A stretch of 64,000 bases of DNA. Source: Candidatus Latescibacterota bacterium. GTDB lineage: Bacteria; Latescibacterota; UBA2968. The position numbers and the translations under genes were made by a program. Positions 56,497-64,000 of this stretch are shown here, one piece after another. The notes beneath the pieces are model-generated. The model did not search any database and was not told the DNA's origin. It was given only the letters and a program-made list of their open reading frames with translations. Location of the stretch: contig OZ242010.1 in assembly GCA_965204745.1 (NCBI GenBank), positions 4,064,001-4,128,000 on the forward strand, written 5' to 3'. Positions within the stretch are counted from its first letter, which is position 1, and every line of letters starts with the position of its first letter.

Positions 56497-56709
56497 TCAG
56501 CAATTTATTTCCAAGCCGCTATCTCCTTGTGCAATCAAAATGCACAACGCGCCTATCCCGATGCCCGTGGCAACCATGACAACATACGGAAATGGGGTCT
56601 CGGCCCGCAAGATGGGTGCGATAATCCCCCCGACAATCCACGCGATGCCGATGCCTTTTGCCGTATCTGCCAACAGCTTGATTTGGTCATTGCTCATCTT
56701 CATACCCAT
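56497..56709 (-). CDS. Small two-TM protein, last codons replaced by IS607
   Basis: LLADTAKGIGIAWIVGGIIAPI...VVMVATGIGIGALCILIA. Confidence 0.5.
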   Translation of the reverse strand: MGMKMSNDQIKLLADTAKGIGIAWIVGGIIAPILRAETPFPYVVMVATGIGIGALCILIAQGDSGLEINC

Positions 56710-56713
56710 TTTC

Positions 56714-59700
56714 CTAATCGTCATCGGCGACGTCATAAGCCACATCGCGGCGGGCAAAGACCCCTGCACTCAGGCGGCGGAGGGCCAAGCGCAGATCGTC
56801 GAGCAAGGTGTAGAACAGGGGTACGACGAGCAGGGTCAGAAATGTCGATGCCAAAAGCCCGCCCATCATCGTGCGCCCAAGCGGCGCGTAGGGCACGCCC
56901 ATCACATTGCTACCGCCCACGGCCATGGGCAACAAGCCAAACACGGTCGTAAAGGTCGTCATCAAAATGGGGCGGAAGCGATTGCGGCCCGCCTCCAAAA
57001 TCGCGTCGAAGCGCGCCCTGCCATCGGCGCGCAGGCGGTTGATCATATCCACCAGCACAATCGCGTTGTTCACCACCACGCCGATCAGCACGATCACCCC
57101 GATAAACGCCATCGTATCCATGGGCGTATCTGTCAAATACAAGGTCCAGTACACGCCCAAAAAGGAAAACGGGATGGAGAAGAGCACGGAAAACGGCAAG
57201 ACGAACGACTCGAACAAAACGCCCATCAGCAAAAACACGCTCGTCACCGCCATCACCATGCCGATTTGCCCAGAGGTCTCGGTCTCTTGAAGTTGCTTGA
57301 ATCGCTCGCCTTTGTGCCACGAATACCCGCGCGGCAACTCGATCCCGTCCATCATTTTGTCTATCGCCTCGTACAACCTCCTGCCAGATTCCATCGTATA
57401 GGTCCGAATCCGCAACTTGACCCTGCCATCGTACCGGGCGATGCGCCCGGTGCCACGCGAGACCTCAAAGGAAGCGATCTCGCCCAGGGCCACTTCCGCG
57501 CCTTCGTCGGTCGAAAACGCGAAATTGCGTAACTGATTCAGATTTTGCCTATCCGCCCGCTCCAAGTACAGGCGCACCCTGACTTCGCCATCTTCGGATT
57601 GAAACCGGGGCAGCGAGACGCCTTGCAAGCCGTAGGCGATATAGCGTCCAATATCCCGTGCAGAAACGCCCATGCGGTTCGACCGTTCTCGATCAACTGC
57701 GACTCGCACCTCGTCATCGGCCCGTTCCAAATCCGTGTCGATGCTGACGATCGACGGGATTTGTTGCAGGCGCCACGTCACCTCATCCACGAGCCCGATC
57801 AGCACCTCGGTGTCCTCGCCTTCCAGATAGACCGATACGGACGACTCGCCGCTGATGCCATCGCCGTACCGCGCCAAGGAGTGCCACACGCCCACGTATT
57901 TCGGCGTGTGCTCGCCGATATCCGCGACCATCTCTTGCCGTTCCATTGGCCCATCAAGGGGGATGCCGAGTGCTTTGCGTGCGTTTTTGTACGCGATGAA
58001 CCACCACGGGTCCTCGCTTTTGAGGGGCATGTACATCCGCAAATACCCAAAGCCGGGGCGGTAGTACACGCGCAGGATTTCATAGCCGTATTCCGCGCGC
58101 TTCTCCTCTAAGAAGTGCTCGACTTCGGTCACGATGCGCGCGGTTTCTTCCAACGTAAAGTGGCGCGGCATTTTTAAGCGCACGCTCAAATCGTTCACCT
58201 TGCCGCCCCCGCGGTCCGCGCGCTTGAGATTCGCCAGGGGATTGGGCTGAAATTCGGGGTACATCCACATCGTCGCCGTCAGTGCGAGCGCGATCAAGAC
58301 CGCGTCCCGCCGGTGGTTTAATGTCCATGCCAACATGCGCGCATACCCCCCTCGCACCATGGCGATAGACTTGGGATCTGGGCGCACCTGCCCCTTGCCC
58401 ACTTGCACGGACGCCAACGGGATGAACAACAGGGCCACGAACAGCGAGCCGACTAGCGCGATGCAAACCGGCACCCCCATGCGCGTCATGTAAAAGTTCA
58501 TGAACATATTGCCGCTGAACAACATCATCGGCAAAAACACCACCACCGTCGTCAACGTCGCCATGGTGATCGCCAGCCCCACTTCGCTCGCGCCCCAGAT
58601 CGCGGCGTCTTTGGGGGTATCGCCATTGCCGCGCCTGCGGTAGATGTTTTCCAAAATGACGATGGCATTATCGACCACCAAGCCCACGCCGACCATGAGG
58701 CCCATCATGGTCACGACATTGAGGGACCAGCCGATGAAGTACAGCGCGGTCATGGTGATCATCACGCACAGGGGAATGGCCAGGGTGATGATGCCCGTCA
58801 TGCGGAAGGTTCTCAAGTAGAACAACAGCACCAGCGCGGCGAACAACCCGCCCCAAAGCCCGGTTTCTCGCAGGTTGCGGATGGATTCTTTGATGAAAAA
58901 TCCCTGGTTGAAGATCACGCGAAACGACACGCGCCCGGCCAAGCGCGGGTCTCGCTCGAGTTCGCGCAGCTTGGCCTCTACCCGGTCCGTGATCTCCACG
59001 ACGTTCGCGCCCGATTCTTGTTTGATGCCAAAGCTGATGCCGGGCTTGCCGTCGATGCGCTGAATCCACGACATTTCGGGCACGTCGTACACGACCCGCG
59101 CCACTTCGCCCAGGCGCACCTTGCCCGCTCGGGACAGGATTTGGATATCCTCGATTTCTCGCAGTGCGGTGTAGCGCGCCAGCGAGCGCACGTAAAATTT
59201 CTTTTCGCCCTCGCGCACGTACCCCCCGGCGAGTGCGAAATTGTCGTTTTTGAGGGTCGAGACGATTTCGCCGATCCGCACGCCGCGCGCGCGCATGCGC
59301 TCTCGATCCACTTCCACCATCACTTCTTTTCGTTGCACGCCGAAAAAGCCGATCTGACCCACGCCATCCACGCGCTCTAAGGGCCGCTGGATGTGCGTTT
59401 CGATAAACCGAAACTGGTCCGTGATGGTGGAGTCTATCGCCATCGCCACCCACATGACTTCCCACGAATCATCATCGTATTTGCGAACCCGCACGTCGTC
59501 CCGCGCTTCTTCGGGCAGGTGGGGTTTGAGGTGTTCGAGGCGGTCCGAGACCTGATTGTAAGCCGCGACCATGTCGGTGTATTGGCGAAATTCGATGATC
59601 GCCCGCGCCCCGTTCGATTCGCTGTAACTCCGCAGGCTCGCGATGCCCTTGACCGTGCGGAGCGTTTCTTCCAAGGGCAGGGTGATCAGCTGCTCGGTCT

Positions 59701-59890
59701 CTTGCGGCGTGGCATTGCGAAACCCCACGCGCACGCTCAAGATGGGCCGTTCCAACCCTTTGGGCATCAGTTTGACGGGCACGCGCCAATACGCCACGGC
59801 CCCCAGCACGAGCAACGCGATGAGGCACATGGTAATGGACACGGGCCGCAATACGGAAATGCGCGGGAGGAGTGAGGATTTGGGGGTCAT
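56714..59890 (-). CDS. RND efflux permease (AcrB/AcrD/AcrF family)
   Basis: 1058 aa; GLVVDNAIVILENI, GVVVNNAIVLVD, RFRPILMTT. Confidence 0.93.
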   Translation of the reverse strand: MTPKSSLLPRISVLRPVSITMCLIALLVLGAVAYWRVPVKLMPKGLERPILSVRVGFRNATPQETEQLITLPLEETLRTVKGIASLRSYSESNGARAIIEFRQYTDMVAAYNQVSDRLEHLKPHLPEEARDDVRVRKYDDDSWEVMWVAMAIDSTITDQFRFIETHIQRPLERVDGVGQIGFFGVQRKEVMVEVDRERMRARGVRIGEIVSTLKNDNFALAGGYVREGEKKFYVRSLARYTALREIEDIQILSRAGKVRLGEVARVVYDVPEMSWIQRIDGKPGISFGIKQESGANVVEITDRVEAKLRELERDPRLAGRVSFRVIFNQGFFIKESIRNLRETGLWGGLFAALVLLFYLRTFRMTGIITLAIPLCVMITMTALYFIGWSLNVVTMMGLMVGVGLVVDNAIVILENIYRRRGNGDTPKDAAIWGASEVGLAITMATLTTVVVFLPMMLFSGNMFMNFYMTRMGVPVCIALVGSLFVALLFIPLASVQVGKGQVRPDPKSIAMVRGGYARMLAWTLNHRRDAVLIALALTATMWMYPEFQPNPLANLKRADRGGGKVNDLSVRLKMPRHFTLEETARIVTEVEHFLEEKRAEYGYEILRVYYRPGFGYLRMYMPLKSEDPWWFIAYKNARKALGIPLDGPMERQEMVADIGEHTPKYVGVWHSLARYGDGISGESSVSVYLEGEDTEVLIGLVDEVTWRLQQIPSIVSIDTDLERADDEVRVAVDRERSNRMGVSARDIGRYIAYGLQGVSLPRFQSEDGEVRVRLYLERADRQNLNQLRNFAFSTDEGAEVALGEIASFEVSRGTGRIARYDGRVKLRIRTYTMESGRRLYEAIDKMMDGIELPRGYSWHKGERFKQLQETETSGQIGMVMAVTSVFLLMGVLFESFVLPFSVLFSIPFSFLGVYWTLYLTDTPMDTMAFIGVIVLIGVVVNNAIVLVDMINRLRADGRARFDAILEAGRNRFRPILMTTFTTVFGLLPMAVGGSNVMGVPYAPLGRTMMGGLLASTFLTLLVVPLFYTLLDDLRLALRRLSAGVFARRDVAYDVADDD

Positions 59891-59932
59891 GGGAGAATCC
59901 CGTAAAGAGATGGTGCGACCAAGTGCTTTCTA

Positions 59933-60193
59933 TTATCGAGGATTGGAACGGATTTGGCAAACAGAGTTTTCAATGCCCATTTCTGCCTCTCCATCCTCCG
60001 CAACAGCGATACCATACCTTTTCATCGCATCTACAATATCTTCATTCACCATGCTTTCAATAAACCACCTTTCACCTACATAATCTCCACCTGCATTCAT
60101 CCCTTCTAACAAAATATCAATATACTGAACAAGCGTTTCCGCCGTACCCAAACCCATCAAAGGATCAATAGGAACTGTTTTCGTTTTCGCCAT
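59933..60193 (-). CDS. Small hypothetical protein
   Basis: RBS GAGGAGG before MAKTKT; AT-rich. Confidence 0.5.
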   Translation of the reverse strand: MAKTKTVPIDPLMGLGTAETLVQYIDILLEGMNAGGDYVGERWFIESMVNEDIVDAMKRYGIAVAEDGEAEMGIENSVCQIRSNPR

Positions 60194-60259
60194 TGCAACC
60201 TCCTCACAATTCGGACGCCAACCTTTTTGCCCGTTCAATATCAAAATCAGTAGTCAGTA

Positions 60260-60710
60260 GGTTGTGTTGACATTTGGGATATTTTTTGATCGTGTTGACA
60301 TTTCATTTTTTTCTGACGTTACGCACAGATTAGCAAATGTATTGTGTTGCTTGCTCATTTAAGGCGTTTGGTCCTTTGATGGCGTTGCGCGAGGGGACCT
60401 ATCCCCCGGCCCCGTTATTCGCTTCGCTCATTGTAGGCTACGCCTGTGCCTACGAGGAAAGGGGGAGCGCATGGCTTTCTTAAAGGTTTGTATCCCTAGC
60501 TGCTTTGATGGCGTTTGTGACCTATCCCCCGGCCCCTTTCCTACAAGGAAAGGGGAGTAAAGTTCCTTTGATGGCTTATATCAATGGCTACTCTGATGGC
60601 GTTGTGCGAGGGCATAAAGCGATTAAAAATCCCTTATCAATCCCCTCGCACAACCTCTCGCCATTCCCCCTTCCTCGCAGGAAGGGGGCCAGGGGGTAGG
60701 TCCCAATTCC
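60260..60710 (+). mobile_element. MITE-like mosaic: two IS5-type left ends plus palindromic repeat block
   Basis: TA-GGTTGTGTTGACATTT (60260-60275), second end at about 60290-60303, body homologous to 33512-33812; no right IR seen. Confidence 0.7.
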
Positions 60711-60727
60711 CATCGTCATTTTACCAC

Positions 60728-60756
60728 TTGACAAATAATAGCGTAATTTTTAATTT
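60728..60756 (+). promoter_or_regulatory. Sigma70 promoter of giant gene 2 leader
   Basis: TTGACA-17 bp-TAATTT. Confidence 0.55.
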
Positions 60757-60840
60757 TTTACCCATTCGCTATTTCGATTTTGAGCGCGGAGGAAAGGCCG
60801 TGCCCGGTCTGCGCGACAGCTTTTGCAAAGGAGACTTCAG

Positions 60841-61029
60841 ATGATTCCCGCCATTTTTCGACGTTGTTCAAACCTGTTTAGAGGCCACCGTTCTCCTGCG
60901 AAAACGGGCGTTCATGGTGCCCATTCCCGTCTTGGAGTGCGGTCCTATTTCATTGCAAAACAGTCCGTTAGGATGATCAGTACAGTGTACCCCCCCCCCC
61001 CCCCCCCCTCGGAGAGGGGGACAAAATGA
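60841..61029 (+). CDS. Leader ORF (62 aa) reading through poly-C, stop overlapping the ATG of giant gene 2
   Basis: RBS AAAGGAG; MIPAIF...MISTVYPPPPPPSERGTK*; ATGA overlap at 61026-61029. Confidence 0.55.
   Translation: MIPAIFRRCSNLFRGHRSPAKTGVHGAHSRLGVRSYFIAKQSVRMISTVYPPPPPPSERGTK
60990..61008 (+). repeat. Homopolymer C19 just upstream of the RBS of giant gene 2
   Basis: Counted directly; followed by TCGGAGAGGGGGACAAA-ATG. Confidence 0.9.
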
Positions 61030-64000
61030 TGCCCCGCTACGCTCACTTGTTGGCCCTGGTCGCGCTGGGCATGCTGGTGGCATCGGGGCCTGCTTTTGCC
61101 CAAACCGACTACGACATGGACAACGACCGCCTGATTGACATCACCTCCTTGGCGCAACTGAATGCCATTCGTTGGGATCTCAATGGCGATGGTGTTGTGT
61201 CGAGCACCGACTCTACAAACTATTTCACCGCCTTCAGTAACCCCGCCTCGGGCATGGGGTGTCCGTCCGCCGGCTGTAATGGCTACGAACTGCTCAACAA
61301 CTTGGACTTTGACGAGAACAACGACAACTCAATCACCTCAGCAGACGCCACCTATTGGAACAACGGCGCCGGCTGGCTACCCATCGGCACAAGCGCCAAC
61401 AGATACACAGGCAATTTCAAGGGCAACGGATACACCATAAACAACCTGTTCATCAACCGGTCCAACACCGAGCACATAGGGCTGTTCGGCTATACTGGAT
61501 CCGGCTACAGGGTAGAAACCCTAGGCGTAACTAACGCCAATGTAACGGGGAAAAACTATACCGGCATTCTGATAGGCGCCGGTGAGAATGGAGGCACAGT
61601 CGTCGCCTGTTACACTACTGGCTCGGTCACCGGCACCGGTACTTCTACCGGTGGTCTGGTAGGATACATAGACGGAACTATCTCCACTAGCTACTCCACT
61701 GCATCCGTCAGCGGAAATCGCGAAAACGGCGGTCTGTTGGGATTTCGGTATGGCAACAGTACCTCTGTAACAAACTCCTACTCCACCGGCAACGTCAGCG
61801 GCACAGGAAGCAACATCGGCGGGCTAATAGGCAGCTTTGCCCTGAGCGGTAGCGTTTCCGCCAGTTACTGGGATACCCAAACCAGCAACCGGAATAGCAG
61901 CCCCGGCGGCGGCACAGCACAGACCACCGACGCGCTCCGATCTCCCACCGGCTACACCGGCATCTACTCCACATGGAACGCCAACATAGATGGCAACGCC
62001 GGCAACGACGATCCCTGGGACTTCGGAACGTCATCGCAGTATCCGGTGCTGAAGTACGGCGGTCATTCCCTGGTTGCCCAGGGCCGACCGGCCACCGACT
62101 ACGACATGGACAACGACCGCCTGATTGACATCACCACCTTGGCGCAACTCAACGCCATTCGCCACGACCTCAACGGCAATGGCGACGCTACCCACGCCGA
62201 TTATGGCGCCGCCTTTCCCCTCCGCAACACCAGCAATACCGGCCGGATGGGTTGCCCGTCCGGGACCTGCACTGGCTACGAGTTGCTCAACAACTTGGAT
62301 TTTGACGAGAACAACGACGGCGCAATCACCCAAGCAGACACCACCTACTGGAATGGCGGCGCCGGCTGGGCACCCATCGGCAGTAGCAACACCGCCCCGT
62401 ACACCGCCACATTTGAGGGCAACGGCAAGACGATCTCCCACCTGTACATCAACCGCTACGTCAACTATTCGGGATTTTTCGCAAGTACGGATACCACTGC
62501 CCACATCCGCTCTTTGGGGTTGGTCAACGCGGTGATCAATACGGGTCAGGGCACGGTGGGCGCGCTGGTGGGTCTGAACAAGGGTCGGATCGCGGCGAGT
62601 TACGTCACGGGGTCGGTCAAGGCGAACACCAATGTCGGCGGGTTGGTGGGCGCCGCTCAGAGGGGGTCGTACATCGTGGCGAGTTACGCCACGGCGTCTG
62701 TGGTGTGCAATCAGTCGGGGCCGTGGGGCACTGGCGGAGGGTTGGTAGGTGCCAATGGTTCGGGTGCGACGATCGCGTCGAGCTACTCGCTGGGATCAGT
62801 GACGGGGGCCTGCCTGCACAAGCATGGGCTGGCGGAAAACTCAGGTACAGTGACCGATAGCTACTGGGACACGCAAACAAGCGACATTGCCGATGATAGC
62901 GATACTGTTGCGCCGGAGGGCAAGCTGACTGCCGACTTACAATCGGTCACGTCTGCGAGCGGCATCTATGCCAACTGGGACGATCTGACCATAGATGCTT
63001 CGGGGGCCAACAATGATGATCCCTGGACCTTTGGCACGACGAATCAGTATCCGGTCTTGAAGTTTGCCGGCCTGGACACCACGGCGCAGTACGCTGCCCA
63101 ACCCGTGAATTACGACACGGATAGCGATGGCCTCCTCGAGGTCTCGACCTTGGCCCAACTGCATGCCATGCGCTGGGATCTCAATGGCGATGGGGTCGTC
63201 GCCGATAGTGATGCCATGACCTACAACGCCGCCTTTCCCAACGGGAACTTGTCAGCGAGCAAGGGGTGTCCTTCCACAGGTTGCACTGGCTACGAACTGC
63301 TCAACAACTTGGACTTTGACGAGAACAACGACGGCGCGATCACCCAAGCAGACGCCACCTACTGGAATGGCGGTGCCGGCTGGGACCCTGTGGGGCCTTA
63401 CGGCGGCACGTTCAAAGGCAACAACAAGACGATCTCCCACTTGTACATCAACCGGGGGTCTCGGCATAATACAGGATTGTTCCATGCGGTTGATGGCGAT
63501 GTTTCGGGGTTGGGGTTGTTGAATGTGAATGTGACCGGTGCTGACCGCGTGGGTGGTCTGACCGGTAATCAAGGTGGTGGGGGCACCATCTCGTCGTGTT
63601 ATGTGACGGGTCGCGTTTCGGGGTCGCGGTGGGGTGTGGGTGGTTTGGTTGGTCGGTCTTATCGCACTTCGGGCACTAATCGCATTGTGAGCAGCTACGC
63701 GCTCGTCTCTGTGCGGGTTCCTGCACATGTGACGAGTGACGGATTGGCCGGCGGTTTGGTGGGTTGGCTGACCGATCAGACCGAGGTGGTGGCGTCTTAC
63801 GCGCTGGGCTCTGTGTTCGCGGGACACAGCAACGCGGTGGCCGGCGGGTTGGTGGGTCAAATCGCGAGCGGCGGTGGCGTGACCGCCAGTTACGCGACGG
63901 GCGCAGTCACGGGTGCCGGCACGAAAGGCGGGTTGGTGGGCAGTTCGGCTGGTACAGTGACCGATAGCTACTGGGACACGCAAACAAGCGGCATTGTCGA
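61026..64000 (+). CDS. Second giant secreted GLUG-module surface protein, truncated by window edge
   Basis: Not in ORF track; MMPRYAHLLALVALGMLVASGPAFA-QTDYDMDNDRLIDITSLAQLNAIRWDLNGDG; frame spot-checked in register to 64000; three modules starting near 61107, 62097 and 63108, with no FN3 spacers. Confidence 0.9.
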   Translation, partial: MMPRYAHLLALVALGMLVASGPAFAQTDYDMDNDRLIDITSLAQLNAIRWDLNGDGVVSSTDSTNYFTAFSNPASGMGCPSAGCNGYELLNNLDFDENNDNSITSADATYWNNGAGWLPIGTSANRYTGNFKGNGYTINNLFINRSNTEHIGLFGYTGSGYRVETLGVTNANVTGKNYTGILIGAGENGGTVVACYTTGSVTGTGTSTGGLVGYIDGTISTSYSTASVSGNRENGGLLGFRYGNSTSVTNSYSTGNVSGTGSNIGGLIGSFALSGSVSASYWDTQTSNRNSSPGGGTAQTTDALRSPTGYTGIYSTWNANIDGNAGNDDPWDFGTSSQYPVLKYGGHSLVAQGRPATDYDMDNDRLIDITTLAQLNAIRHDLNGNGDATHADYGAAFPLRNTSNTGRMGCPSGTCTGYELLNNLDFDENNDGAITQADTTYWNGGAGWAPIGSSNTAPYTATFEGNGKTISHLYINRYVNYSGFFASTDTTAHIRSLGLVNAVINTGQGTVGALVGLNKGRIAASYVTGSVKANTNVGGLVGAAQRGSYIVASYATASVVCNQSGPWGTGGGLVGANGSGATIASSYSLGSVTGACLHKHGLAENSGTVTDSYWDTQTSDIADDSDTVAPEGKLTADLQSVTSASGIYANWDDLTIDASGANNDDPWTFGTTNQYPVLKFAGLDTTAQYAAQPVNYDTDSDGLLEVSTLAQLHAMRWDLNGDGVVADSDAMTYNAAFPNGNLSASKGCPSTGCTGYELLNNLDFDENNDGAITQADATYWNGGAGWDPVGPYGGTFKGNNKTISHLYINRGSRHNTGLFHAVDGDVSGLGLLNVNVTGADRVGGLTGNQGGGGTISSCYVTGRVSGSRWGVGGLVGRSYRTSGTNRIVSSYALVSVRVPAHVTSDGLAGGLVGWLTDQTEVVASYALGSVFAGHSNAVAGGLVGQIASGGGVTASYATGAVTGAGTKGGLVGSSAGTVTDSYWDTQTSGIV

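Larger units (their letters stand above)
54738..56512 (-). mobile_element. IS607-family element, complete
   Basis: tnpA serine recombinase plus tnpB; GG at both junctions (54738-54739, 56511-56512); the reconstructed empty site restores DSGLDE*-ATG coupling. Confidence 0.88.

Overview
GC-rich bacterial chromosome window. The gene content (sulfatase, PhyH dioxygenase, giant FN3/GLUG surface proteins, dense small repeats) suggests a host-associated Latescibacterota/Gemmatimonadota-like organism, but that is inference only. The left part carries a minus-strand suf operon (sufB-C-D-S-U-T) interrupted by a ParA-ATPase/HEPN cassette and followed by an m4C-type DNA methyltransferase plus an NYN-domain gene. 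Next come tandem DUF1640-like repeat proteins, a PqqD-like gene, lexA, dprA, a type III restriction-modification system and metabolic/transport genes. The right part carries two divergent paralogous giant surface-protein genes (4140 aa, and >990 aa truncated by the window edge). They share a promoter, a leader ORF and a 19-20 nt poly-C tract directly before their ribosome-binding sites, which is the best candidate for an undescribed phase-variable translational switch. Mobile DNA comprises a complete IS982, a complete IS5-family element with many MITE-like derivatives, and a complete IS607 whose TnpB has Fanzor-like catalytic motifs. No rRNA, tRNA, CRISPR array or reverse transcriptase was recognised.
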